Shown here one piece after another: positions 1 through 8,195 of a DNA stretch of 64,000 bases; positions within the stretch are counted from its first letter, which is position 1; each line of letters begins with the position of its first letter. The notes under the pieces were generated by a model that was given only the letters and a program-made list of their open reading frames with translations, was not told the DNA's origin and did no database searches. The DNA is taken from IMG/VR virus record IMGVR_UViG_3300028789_000005; one strand, given 5' to 3'. Source of the DNA: a virus (taxonomy: Duplodnaviria; Heunggongvirae; Uroviricota; Caudoviricetes). Both the position numbers and the translations under genes were made by a program.

Positions 1-420
1 GAATGACTTTGGATACTCGACAACTTCGTCGCCAATGGCGATGCCGATTGTCATACCAAGGATTTGGCGATAAGACGCTTCGTCCTTGGCACCCATAACG
101 AACCACTGCGTGCCGAACAGCCAGAGCTCGCCAGTGGACGAGTTGTAACTGTAGTTGTCCTTGCCTACAACGTTGAACAGATCGATGAGTACGTTGCGGT
201 AGATCGTTTGCTTTGACGCGCCCGTCATCAGCCGCTTGGCGTTGGGCGGTATCTTATAACGGCACAATTGCACGATCGTCTTGGCGTTCAGCGTGAAGGT
301 CTTAGAACTTCGCACTGTGCCAATAAGGATGGTGTACCGCTTGTCCTGCTCCGGCGGTCGCATGATGAAGGAATGCGACTTCTTGCCGAAGGGCTTGATG
401 ATCAGCTCGGTGTCACTCAC
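1..420 (-). CDS. terL: terminase large subunit, N-terminal part (gene continues beyond window start)
   Basis: Minus-strand translation from GTG at 420 reads VSDTELIIKPFGKKSHSFIMRPPEQDKRYTILIGTVRSSKTF...LWLFGTQWFVMGAKDEASYRQILGMTIGIAIGDEV. This is a terminase ATPase N-terminus with a P-loop-like GTVRSSKT. The start overlaps the stop of the upstream gene by 8 nt. It is absent from the ORF track because it runs off the window. Confidence 0.75.
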   Translation of the reverse strand, partial: MSDTELIIKPFGKKSHSFIMRPPEQDKRYTILIGTVRSSKTFTLNAKTIVQLCRYKIPPNAKRLMTGASKQTIYRNVLIDLFNVVGKDNYSYNSSTGELWLFGTQWFVMGAKDEASYRQILGMTIGIAIGDEVVEYPKSF

Positions 421-1105
421 TCGGCCCAGCCTTTAGTGCTGCAAACAAACCTTCCAGCTGCTCGTTCTTTCCACCGCCGCCGAGGTCAGGCTGGCGTCCA
501 TGCTTCTTGGGCTGTAGATGGCCCAATGTCCACTGTAACCCGGCGAATGCGAGCTTGGCTCTCTCGACGTTGTCGACGATGCGACTCTCTACTAGATCCT
601 CAACGTCGCCGTCCCGAGTAACGACTTGCTTATGGGTGACGATGGAGTAGCTTGTAGGACGTTGAGTTATTGCCCTTGCGTCGTCTTCGAAAAGTGGTAC
701 AAGAAACTCTTTCGCGCGCGCATGGATTTTCGAGAAGGAGTGTTCTTTATCTGCAAGCCACTTCACGAGTTGATACAGACTCGGGTTTCCTTCGATGGCT
801 GCTAATTCACGTAACGTGCTGCCAGTAGCGATCAGCGCAAAGAGTTGCTCGCCGAGCTCGTCTGTCCATGGAAATTCTGGATTCGGTGGTCGACCAACCT
901 TCCGCTCTGAAACTACTTGGTCCTGAATGGCGAGCTTTACTTCGGCAACAGATTCTTTGGCTTTACGTTGTGATTCTGCTTGCACAGCACGAAACACAGT
1001 CTTATTGGCTGCGGACTTCTCTGCTCGTGTGGGACGACCGTCGTGCGTTTTTGCCGGCACCTTAGCAGCAGGCGCGGTGGCCTTAGACTGCTTCTTAGAT
1101 GCCAT
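413..1105 (-). CDS. terminase small subunit-like DNA-packaging protein
   Basis: ORF track 413..1195 trimmed to the internal ATG at 1105, preceded by AGGAGA. Sits immediately upstream of terL with a coupled overlap. The basic N-terminus and the segment TDELGEQLFALIATGSTLRELAAIEGNPSLYQLVKWLADKEHSF are HTH-like, as in small terminases. Confidence 0.5.
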   Translation of the reverse strand: MASKKQSKATAPAAKVPAKTHDGRPTRAEKSAANKTVFRAVQAESQRKAKESVAEVKLAIQDQVVSERKVGRPPNPEFPWTDELGEQLFALIATGSTLRELAAIEGNPSLYQLVKWLADKEHSFSKIHARAKEFLVPLFEDDARAITQRPTSYSIVTHKQVVTRDGDVEDLVESRIVDNVERAKLAFAGLQWTLGHLQPKKHGRQPDLGGGGKNEQLEGLFAALKAGPSE

Positions 1106-1584
1106 GCGGTTATATCTCCTGGGACTTAAAGCAAGGAAGGGCCGCGAACCACGTTGTGCGGTCAGCAGCCCCTCTGGACGTCCGTCTACTTGCACTCTTC
1201 TTCAGAGCAGGCAGCTATTAGGTGTTCTTACTGGTCAACTCGTACTACTTATCGAGTGACACCCTGGTCGCTGCTAACCACGCTCAATGTCGTGCGGCCT
1301 CCGTAGAGTGCCGCCGATGTAACTGTTTCCGTTATGGGTGCCAATGGCATGCTCACTCTAAAGTAAGCTGAACGGTCGTCGTTACTCACGAGAACTTTGC
1401 CGCACTCACTGCGGCTGCCCTATCCGGAGAGCGCGGAGGAAGGGTGCTCGATAACCCCGAGTCCAGGACATGCACACTCAAAGAGTGTCTCTCAACAGTT
1501 TGGTCAAAGAACGTGAGTACATCTATCTGGGTAACGTGGTGGTCCAGCCTAGATGGCTCGATTGCCCATAGCTTCTGAGCAATA

Positions 1585-1648
1585 TGGTCGGTGAAGAAGG
1601 ATTTGAACCTCCGGCATCTAGCTCCCAAAGCTAGCGCGCCATTCACCG
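1585..1648 (-). tRNA. tRNA-Pro(UGG)-like element lacking a D-arm
   Basis: The reverse complement is CGGTGAA-TGGCGCG-CTAGC-TTTGGGA-GCTAG-ATGCC-GGAGG-TTCAAAT-CCTTC-TTCACCG-A-CCA. It has a 7-bp acceptor stem, a 5-bp anticodon stem with a 7-nt loop carrying UGG, a canonical T-arm, a discriminator and CCA. The 3' half closely resembles bacterial tRNA-Pro(UGG), but only 7 nt occupy the position of the roughly 17-nt D-arm. Confidence 0.45.
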
Positions 1649-1743
1649 TAATCTTTAGGGCACTCGCGGGCTAACTGGTAATTTGCGCGGTTTTCATGTT
1701 CCGCCGTTCCCTGCCGCTAAACGCACCCTACATATATTATAGG

Positions 1744-1932
1744 CTAACTAGCTTGTTCCGACATCATGCTGCGGTAGGAGTACACCACCATCAACTCCTC
1801 GGCCGTGAGCTTCTCATCGAACAGCACGGTGCCTACCTTGCCGGCCCAACAAGCATGGACGTACTCTTCAAGCTTCTTCAAGCTCTCTATCAAATCCATC
1901 GCCATACCTCGATCGCTAACCAAACCGCCCAT
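1744..1932 (-). CDS. hypothetical small protein
   Basis: ORF track 1744..2142 trimmed to the first ATG downstream of the GIY-YIG gene stop (1932), with GGTGGA upstream. The sequence LIESLKKLEEYVHACWAGKVGTVLFDEKLTAEEL looks protein-like, whereas the competing plus-strand ORF is His-rich and unnatural. Confidence 0.3.
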   Translation of the reverse strand: MGGLVSDRGMAMDLIESLKKLEEYVHACWAGKVGTVLFDEKLTAEELMVVYSYRSMMSEQAS

Positions 1933-1996
1933 GCCGCCATCCACCACGCGGTGCACCCAACCACCAGCGCCGAACCCCACACTACAATGGACCGTA

Positions 1997-2725
1997 TCAC
2001 TTCGCAGCCAATTTCTTAGCTGCATTTGCGCGACGCGTTTCCCAAATCTTTGCGGATAAAGCTGCTCTGTCTTCTGCCGAACGTGCTGCCCAACCACGTT
2101 TAGAAGCTTCGGAACACTTAGCAACAAACTCTGGGCTTTCAAACTTGGACATCAAGAGTTCACGTTTTGTGGCCCACATAGACTTAGACTGTTTACTGAC
2201 TAAGCTACGTCTACGTGGTGATCGCACCTCTTCCAGATGCGCAGCTTTCTTTACGGGATCCTTAAACCGCTCTTTACATGCTGCGCTTACTGAGTCACGA
2301 AACTCTTTACTAGCGAAGAGTACGGTTTTCTTTGCTCGGTAGTCTGGATCTGCCCACACAGCTTTCTGTTTCTTAGAAAGAAGTTTTAATGATCTCTTTG
2401 AAAACTGCATTCCACCACAACCACCAGTGGTGAGATTGTAGCCGTGACCATTGTCGATGAACGTGTCAAGCTTCGCGATGTAAAATTCTTCTTTCTCATT
2501 CAACAGCGAAACAGGCCCACGCCAAACAACTGATTTCTCAAACGCTTCCCACCCATACAAACGCATCGCATTATACAGCGGATGCTTTATCTTCTTCACA
2601 AACGCAGCACATTTGTGCCCACGCCAACGAACGAGTTCATTTACTCGTTCATGCTGCCCTACGTAACCCTTACCATTTACAGTACAATGAAAGTAGTATA
2701 TGAGACCTTGCTGTTCATTCTTCAT
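1997..2725 (-). CDS. GIY-YIG homing endonuclease with NUMOD-like C-terminal repeats
   Basis: ORF track. The N-terminus GLIYYFHCTVNGKGYVGQ...YNAMRLYGWEAFEKSV...EEFYIAKLDTFIDNGHGYNLTTGG is a GIY-YIG catalytic domain. The C-terminus carries repeated basic helices (KQKAVWADPDYRAKK, KEFRDSVSAACKERFKDP) like NUMOD DNA-binding modules. AGGAG lies upstream of the ATG. Confidence 0.75.
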   Translation of the reverse strand: MKNEQQGLIYYFHCTVNGKGYVGQHERVNELVRWRGHKCAAFVKKIKHPLYNAMRLYGWEAFEKSVVWRGPVSLLNEKEEFYIAKLDTFIDNGHGYNLTTGGCGGMQFSKRSLKLLSKKQKAVWADPDYRAKKTVLFASKEFRDSVSAACKERFKDPVKKAAHLEEVRSPRRRSLVSKQSKSMWATKRELLMSKFESPEFVAKCSEASKRGWAARSAEDRAALSAKIWETRRANAAKKLAAK

Positions 2726-2738
2726 ACGTACTCCTGCA

Positions 2739-3020
2739 CTATACAGTTCTTGGAAGTCCCCAAATTCTTAAACCATTTACAGGCTTGCCATTCCAATCAG
2801 AGCATGGCACAGGTTGCCAAACCGAACCGACGTTCACCGATACGATGTACGTACTGCATTCAACCGCCGTATTCATACCGCCCACTTGCCGATGCGTCTC
2901 TGCTTTGATCAACGTCTCAGCGTCACGTTTCGATATGTGCCGATGATGCTTACACGTTGGCCAGATACCGTAATGTTCCATACGTCCAGCTTCTTCTAAC
3001 GATAGCACGCAGTAATTCAA
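2739..3020 (-). CDS. hypothetical protein (start uncertain; possible internal start at 2978)
   Basis: ORF track. First gene of the leftward module after the divergent region. Contains CKHHRHISKRD but no convincing HNH or zinc-finger spacing. Confidence 0.3.
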   Translation of the reverse strand: MNYCVLSLEEAGRMEHYGIWPTCKHHRHISKRDAETLIKAETHRQVGGMNTAVECSTYIVSVNVGSVWQPVPCSDWNGKPVNGLRIWGLPRTV

Positions 3021-3221
3021 GGGATAGCTACGCCTCAGGATGAACTCGGGCTGTTAGGACTCGGGGTATACCGCCCGGTCACGGTATCTAAGATCGAGCC
3101 GCCCTGGCTCCATCTAGACCACTCTCTAAGCAAACCACCCTACCCACTCTTCTATCCTTGTTGTTGATCTAATTCTAAACTAACCAGCGACGTAGCGGGG
3201 AGCTAAAGTGACCGTCTGCTA

Positions 3222-3525
3222 CCGCTACAATTGCGACGAATCATATCTAACGCAGAATGTGCCACTGGCTAACTATTTCTCCATTCCGCTGTAGACCGCT
3301 AACTTTGATGGTGGTAGATAACCCACGCAGAATGTGCCACTCGCTGGCTTGCTAACTATTTATTACTTATATTTAAACCAAGTAGAATAGGGTGAGTATA
3401 TATATATGCCAACTAAGTACTATAGCAGGGAGTGAGAGCGAATTGTAGCGGAATTGTTAGCGGGACCTAACCACCAGCTTTAACAACTACATAGCGAAAA
3501 AGCCGCTAACTTCCAATTGTAGCGG
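3222..3525. repeat. iteron cluster: AATTGT(T)AGCGG x3 direct (3441, 3453, 3515) plus one inverted copy (3222-3232)
   Basis: Seen directly in the AT-rich intergenic region between the divergently transcribed modules. The inverted pair GTTAGCGG / CCGCTAAC also occurs at 3457-3464 and 3503-3510. Confidence 0.6.
3250..3363. repeat. two copies of a ~31-bp direct repeat ACGCAGAATGTGCCACT(C)GGCT..AACTATTT
   Basis: Copy 1 is 3250-3280 and copy 2 is 3325-3363. Copy 2 carries a 7-nt insertion. Both lie in the AT-rich divergent control region. Confidence 0.6.
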
Positions 3526-3624
3526 TTTACTCTTGCGGCCGCTTTGACCTTAAAACCTAGTCACGCTTCTACATAAAATATATACTTGCGTTAACACTAA
3601 TTGGAATCGGAGGACGACCAATAT

Positions 3625-4143
3625 ATGGCGCGACGCGTTATGCGTGCCTTCACTTTATCGCCTGAGACGTCAGCCGCTTTGGACAGACTACTGTCCGATC
3701 CGCCTGAGCGCGAAGTACTCAGCCGTCTGTTGCAAGCACCAAGTACCGTAGATCTAGACAAGCATTTCCTGTCTACGCAAGACTACGAGTACCTTTACAC
3801 ACTACTGCCGCCAGTAACTCCAGGCGCTGACATGAAGAGCATTAAACGCTGGCCGACTCTTAATGGGTTCGACACACATCTATCGCGGTGCAGTGAATTC
3901 GACCGCTTTCTGACGAAGCGCGTCTTACTGCAAATGAACCAGCGTATACGCATCAACAAGCGTAGCGTTAAGACTCCTTCAATCAACGTAAGTCGTATTG
4001 TGGATGCGCTGCTATTACCAGCTATCAACAAGTTGTACGAAAGGGCTCGCCAGAGTGAAGCTGCTCCAAGCAAGAGAACTGATGCTAAAGAAGGCCGCAA
4101 CAAGTTGTCTGTCTCCAGCCGACGTAAAGGCGTTGCAGTTTGA
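3625..4143 (+). CDS. hypothetical early protein
   Basis: ORF track 3601..4143 trimmed to the ATG at 3625, preceded by GGAGGA at 3610-3615. First rightward gene after the control region. Confidence 0.45.
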   Translation: MARRVMRAFTLSPETSAALDRLLSDPPEREVLSRLLQAPSTVDLDKHFLSTQDYEYLYTLLPPVTPGADMKSIKRWPTLNGFDTHLSRCSEFDRFLTKRVLLQMNQRIRINKRSVKTPSINVSRIVDALLLPAINKLYERARQSEAAPSKRTDAKEGRNKLSVSSRRKGVAV

Positions 4144-6373
4144 TCCGTACCCAGAGGGCCACGAACTAGACATCTATCCAGCCGGGTTGGCCGGATTCAA
4201 GATACCGTACTTCACGCTGGACGGCAAGGTAGATACGAGCGTGTATCGTTTCCGTTTGCTACAGAGCAAGCCCAGTAAAGGCTGGAAGTCTGTTACCGAA
4301 GAAGCGGAGAAGCCAAGACGCTACACCCAACCACAAGGCACCCAGTGCGGAGTGTATCTCTCGCCCATATTAAAGAATATGGATGGCGCGCCACTGACCT
4401 GGAAGGAAGTGGCCAGGAATACAAAGATACCCATCGTCATAACCGAAGGTGAGCTCAAAGCTGCTTGCGCCTGTAAGCTGGGCTTCCCAACTATAGGATT
4501 GGGTGGCGTCTACAACTGGCGCTCGTCAAAGCAAGGATTTGATTTACTACCCATTCTGGAGAAGTTTGATTGGCACGACCGCAATATCTACATCGCGTTT
4601 GACAGTGACACGAAGACCAATCCAATGGTGCGTATGGCGGCTTCACGCTTGGCCTGGACACTAGGAGTGCGTAGCGGTCTGGTTAATATGATGGAATTAC
4701 CGGAGGGCGAAGAAGCCAAGAAGCAGGGTCTGGACGACCTAATCTTCTCGAAGGCGACCACCGGAGGGCGAAGTGCTAAGAATCTGAGCACGCTAACACC
4801 AGACGCGCAGATATTGGCGGTTGATGCTGCTGACTTCACGGCAGGTGTTGAAGTAGTCGGCGAGCTTGTCGTGAACAGTAAGAGCATCGGCCCGGGAAAA
4901 GAGCTGCACCGGCTCAACAGCGAGGTAGGGTTGGTACGTAAAACCAACGAGATCGTGGAAATTCTCACTGGTAATGTATACACCCCAGCCGCGTTCACGG
5001 AATCATTGTACAAGAATCGCACGTACACTGATAATACAGAGACAGAGAACGCACGCATGCAGCGTAAGTTCGCGGCTAAGGAATGGCTGGCCATTGAAGA
5101 ACGCACGGAGTTCAGCGAGTTTGCGTACGACCCAAGCTGTAATCGCATCGTCACTGATAGCGGCGCGTACAATACGTGGTATCCGCAACGCTGGGCTATT
5201 GAGCCATCCAAGCATCTACGTGACTCAGTCACTGGGGCTAAGAAGTTGGTATCGATAGCACCGTGGGAGACACTATTCAACCACGTATTCCAAACCCTTA
5301 CAGATGAGCAACGCCAATGGATGAAGTGTTGGTTAGCGTACCCCATTCAGTTCCCGGGCACCAAGTTATTCACAGCCATATTGGTTTGGGGCCGTACCAC
5401 CGGCACCGGCAAGTCGCGCATCGGTGAGACGATGAAGACCATCTACGGCAAGAATTACACCATGATCAACAACGCCCATTTGACAGCCAATTTCAACGAG
5501 TGGGCAGAGAATAAGCAATTCATCGTGGGCGATGAGATTTCGTTGGGCGATAAGCGTGGTGTAGCCAATACCTTGAAGGGCATGATTACCGGTACGACCA
5601 TTCGGTTGAACATCAAGAATCGCAAGAGCTACGACATAACAGATTGCATCAATTACTACTTTAGCAGTAACCATGAAGACGCCATGTACCTGGAGAATCA
5701 CGATCGGCGGTACTTCATCGTACACGCCGACATTGAGCGGCTTCCAGGGTCGTTCTACACCGATTACATGCAATGGCTGGACCACGAAGGGGGGGCCGCG
5801 CGGCTGTTCCATTATCTGAAGTACGAAGTGAACGTTGACGCACACGAACTGGTTGTTTCGGCCGACACGCCTGGAGCCGTGCGCAGAGGTAACAGTTGGG
5901 TGAAGGAAGTAGCGGCTTTCAATCCCAAGGGCGAAGCTCCTGTTACCACTGCCAAGCTCGAGATGATGGCTAGTGGGCGGTCCGACGTGGAGGATTGGGC
6001 GTTCGGCTTGAAGGCTGATCCCGATAAGCAATTAGGTGCCGGGCCTAAGCGGGTGTACGACCTGTACACGACAAAAGAATTGTTGGCCTTTTACGATAAA
6101 GGCGATGGTAAGGTTAAGTCTAACGGCATGGCGCGCGCGTTGAATGCGGCTGGTGTGTTCAAGTGTGCCAACGGATCAAATCATGTGCAGATAGCTGGTA
6201 GCCGTGACGTCGTTTACGCGGTGCGCAACGTCGACAAGTACAAACGGTCAGGACCAGCAGAGATATCGAAGGCTTACGCGTTTGAACGTCGTAACGAGTT
6301 CGTTCCACCATCTGAGCGAGTCGGCAAGAGTGAGAAGTTCGTGTCCTCGACGGCCAAGGCGCGCTTGAATTAG
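4082..6373 (+). CDS. DNA primase-helicase (N-terminal TOPRIM primase domain, C-terminal P-loop NTPase of the P4/D5/VirE type)
   Basis: ORF track 3998..6373, start placed at the in-frame ATG at 4082. The TOPRIM-like region is IPIVITEGELKAACACKLGFPTIGLGGVYNW...IYIAFDSDTKTN. Walker A is WGRTTGTGKSRIGE and Walker B is FIVGDEIS, followed by TGTTIRLNIKNRKSYDI...RRYFIVHAD, typical of primase C-terminal/D5_N helicases. Confidence 0.75.
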   Translation: MLKKAATSCLSPADVKALQFDPYPEGHELDIYPAGLAGFKIPYFTLDGKVDTSVYRFRLLQSKPSKGWKSVTEEAEKPRRYTQPQGTQCGVYLSPILKNMDGAPLTWKEVARNTKIPIVITEGELKAACACKLGFPTIGLGGVYNWRSSKQGFDLLPILEKFDWHDRNIYIAFDSDTKTNPMVRMAASRLAWTLGVRSGLVNMMELPEGEEAKKQGLDDLIFSKATTGGRSAKNLSTLTPDAQILAVDAADFTAGVEVVGELVVNSKSIGPGKELHRLNSEVGLVRKTNEIVEILTGNVYTPAAFTESLYKNRTYTDNTETENARMQRKFAAKEWLAIEERTEFSEFAYDPSCNRIVTDSGAYNTWYPQRWAIEPSKHLRDSVTGAKKLVSIAPWETLFNHVFQTLTDEQRQWMKCWLAYPIQFPGTKLFTAILVWGRTTGTGKSRIGETMKTIYGKNYTMINNAHLTANFNEWAENKQFIVGDEISLGDKRGVANTLKGMITGTTIRLNIKNRKSYDITDCINYYFSSNHEDAMYLENHDRRYFIVHADIERLPGSFYTDYMQWLDHEGGAARLFHYLKYEVNVDAHELVVSADTPGAVRRGNSWVKEVAAFNPKGEAPVTTAKLEMMASGRSDVEDWAFGLKADPDKQLGAGPKRVYDLYTTKELLAFYDKGDGKVKSNGMARALNAAGVFKCANGSNHVQIAGSRDVVYAVRNVDKYKRSGPAEISKAYAFERRNEFVPPSERVGKSEKFVSSTAKARLN

Positions 6374-6434
6374 AGGCTGGGTTGCTCGGCCCGCGCTGTA
6401 ATTTTACGAAATTCCTCAGGAAATCGGTAGGGGT

Positions 6435-6440
6435 TATAAT
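6435..6440 (+). promoter_or_regulatory. promoter-like -10 box (gGTTATAATc) 26 nt upstream of the 6461 start
   Basis: Member of the recurring gYTATAAT motif family found upstream of plus-strand genes. No clear -35. Confidence 0.35.
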
Positions 6441-6460
6441 CAATACAGAGGTACAAGAGA

Positions 6461-6856
6461 ATGGCTGCTAAGAAAAGAGAACTGACCGCGCCACAGCAGA
6501 TGTGGGTGGACGCGCTGACTAGCGGGAAATACAGATGGGCCACGGACAGTCTACAGTCCGACGACGGCAAGAGGCAGTATTGCTGTCTTGGCGTGGCGTG
6601 TGTGGTGGCCGAGCAGCAGGGCGTTCACGTCAAGCGCACTGACGGTCGCATCGACGGCACATCGCTGGAGGACCAACACGCTGTGCGGAAGTGGCTGGGG
6701 CTGCGCACCGACACAGGCGACTTTTCCGACTACGACAGTTTGACGGAGTATAACGACGAGTCGAAGCGCAACCCGTTCAAGAAGATCGCGGCGCTGATCG
6801 TGGAGAGATCGGACGTGTTGTTCGTGGCGCAGCGGAAGAGGGCGGTGAAGAGATGA
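6461..6856 (+). CDS. hypothetical protein, paralog A of the YCCLGVACVVAE family
   Basis: ORF track. LTAPQQMWVDALTSGKYRWA...YCCLGVACVVAEQQGVHV...WLGLR...FKKIAALI aligns with the protein encoded at 7429..8013. Confidence 0.55.
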   Translation: MAAKKRELTAPQQMWVDALTSGKYRWATDSLQSDDGKRQYCCLGVACVVAEQQGVHVKRTDGRIDGTSLEDQHAVRKWLGLRTDTGDFSDYDSLTEYNDESKRNPFKKIAALIVERSDVLFVAQRKRAVKR

Positions 6857-7263
6857 CAGAAATGACGCCGTTGCACGAGTATCGCCTGAATGGCAAGAAG
6901 GTCTCTAAGAAGAAGCACGACCAGGTCGTGGACACCATCGTTGCAAAATACGGCAAGAGCCCGGACAGCACCAGTCAGCAGCTGTTTTCTGTGCCGTATG
7001 GCCTCGGACGCGGCGTGCGCGCGCTCGACGTGCAGGCCGTGTTCGGCAAGGGCAGGTTGACGCCCAGCGAGCGCGCCATTACGGCTGCGATATTGGCATT
7101 CGTGCGTGCCGGTGAGACCGGGCCGAAGAGCGGAGATGCGGCGATCCTGCCATTCATCATGCATTACTGTCTGGTGAATGGTCTGTCATACACGCTTCAT
7201 TCCATGGTCGCTTCGGGACACAAGAAGCGCGCCTGGAAGCTGGTGCTGGAGGTTGCCAAGTGA
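6853..7263 (+). CDS. hypothetical protein
   Basis: ORF track; 4-nt stop-start overlap with the previous gene. Confidence 0.5.
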   Translation: MTEMTPLHEYRLNGKKVSKKKHDQVVDTIVAKYGKSPDSTSQQLFSVPYGLGRGVRALDVQAVFGKGRLTPSERAITAAILAFVRAGETGPKSGDAAILPFIMHYCLVNGLSYTLHSMVASGHKKRAWKLVLEVAK

Positions 7264-7313
7264 AGACGCCGACGCGCTGGAACCCCAATAGATTGTCGTT
7301 TCTGCCCGGAGAA

Positions 7314-7439
7314 ATGCGCCCTTCCAAACACGGCGAGTACGTGCGGTGGGAGGACTACGAGGCTTTGCTGAAGAAACTGAAGAAACTGAAGGAACTGAAG
7401 AAACTGAAGGAGGCGAGAGGAGAGCACCATGGCAACTGA
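7314..7439 (+). CDS. possible 41-aa Lys/Leu-repeat micro-protein (MRPSKHGEYVRWEDYEALLKKLKKLKELKKLKEARGEHHGN)
   Basis: Open frame spanning the 9-bp tandem repeat. Below the 60-aa cutoff of the ORF track, with no strong RBS. It could instead be purely regulatory DNA. Confidence 0.2.
   Translation: MRPSKHGEYVRWEDYEALLKKLKKLKELKKLKEARGEHHGN
7368..7412. repeat. tandem repeat, 5 x 9 bp CTGAAG(A/G)A(A/G)
   Basis: Seen directly: ctgaagaaa ctgaagaaa ctgaaggaa ctgaagaaa ctgaaggag, ending in the RBS GGAGG of the gene starting at 7429. Confidence 0.65.
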
Positions 7440-8013
7440 GTTGACAGAACCGCAGAAGCTGTGGGTGGCCGCGTTGCGTAGCGGCGAGTATGGGTGGGCG
7501 AAGTCCACGTTGCAGATGGAGGGCGACAGGTATTGCTGCCTTGGCGTGGCGTGCGTCGTGGCCGAGAAGCACGGCGTGACTGTCCACCGCGTCAGTATCG
7601 ACGGTGCCGACTTTCTGAAGGGCGGCGCGCTGGAGGATCAGCCCGAGGTAATGGATTGGTTGGGGCTGCGCGACGACAACGGTGCCTTCACGGTGCCACT
7701 GACGAACCCGGTCGCGGATATGGGGTGCGTAGTGGGTCTGGACCGTTCGCGCGTGCTGCTGACGTACACGAACGATCAGTCGCCGGAAGTGCCCTTCTCC
7801 AAGATCGCGGACATCATTGAGACCAGGCCCGAGGGCTTGTTCGTCGACCCACCAGTCGCCGGGATTCAGGACGAAGTCATGCTGGTCGAGGACTCTACAG
7901 CGCCGAAGTCGTTGGAGCAGGCCATGACGGAGCAGCCGGAGTTCCTGACCCTGGAGGATCTGATTGATGCGCCACCGGCCAGCCTCGTACGGCCCACGGA
8001 GGACATAGAGTGA
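7429..8013 (+). CDS. hypothetical protein, paralog B of the YCCLGVACVVAE family (longer acidic C-terminus)
   Basis: ORF track. LTEPQKLWVAALRSGEYGWA...YCCLGVACVVAEKHGVTV...WLGLR...FSKIADII; GGAGG is upstream. Confidence 0.55.
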   Translation: MATELTEPQKLWVAALRSGEYGWAKSTLQMEGDRYCCLGVACVVAEKHGVTVHRVSIDGADFLKGGALEDQPEVMDWLGLRDDNGAFTVPLTNPVADMGCVVGLDRSRVLLTYTNDQSPEVPFSKIADIIETRPEGLFVDPPVAGIQDEVMLVEDSTAPKSLEQAMTEQPEFLTLEDLIDAPPASLVRPTEDIE

Positions 8014-8195
8014 TGAAGCAGACCTACGCAATACTTCGCTGCCACGCCGAGGGCGAAGAGTATCGTATTGTGCAGGACGGCTACCCCACACGCGCCGTCG
8101 CGCTACGAGCGGCCAAGGCGATGAAGATTGCGGCTACGAAGCTCGGCGGCAGCTGGGCCGACCGGTTCTTTGTCTGTATTCTGGAGGCGGTATGA
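8010..8195 (+). CDS. hypothetical small protein
   Basis: ORF track; ATGA stop-start overlap. Confidence 0.45.
   Translation: MMKQTYAILRCHAEGEEYRIVQDGYPTRAVALRAAKAMKIAATKLGGSWADRFFVCILEAV

Noticed and set aside
268-621. 117-aa plus-strand ORF across the terL/terS junction
   Set aside because: Antisense to two strongly supported minus-strand genes.
1386-1646. 86-aa minus-strand ORF upstream of terS
   Set aside because: It overlaps the tRNA-like element and has no RBS. The roughly 480-bp stretch 1106-1584 is better treated as a noncoding leader, possibly holding the packaging site.
1585-1648. Interpreting the tRNA-like element as a complete canonical tRNA gene
   Set aside because: Only 64 nt remain once the CCA is counted, and the D-arm is absent. 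It is reported as an atypical, tRNA-like element rather than a standard tRNA.
3998-4081. Upstream start at 3998 for the primase-helicase (MWMRCYYQLSTSCTKGLARVKLLQARELM...)
   Set aside because: This stretch is Cys/Trp-rich and lies in the C-terminal coding frame of the preceding gene (3625..4143), whose alternative frame looks more protein-like. The in-frame ATG at 4082 was preferred, but the true start remains uncertain.
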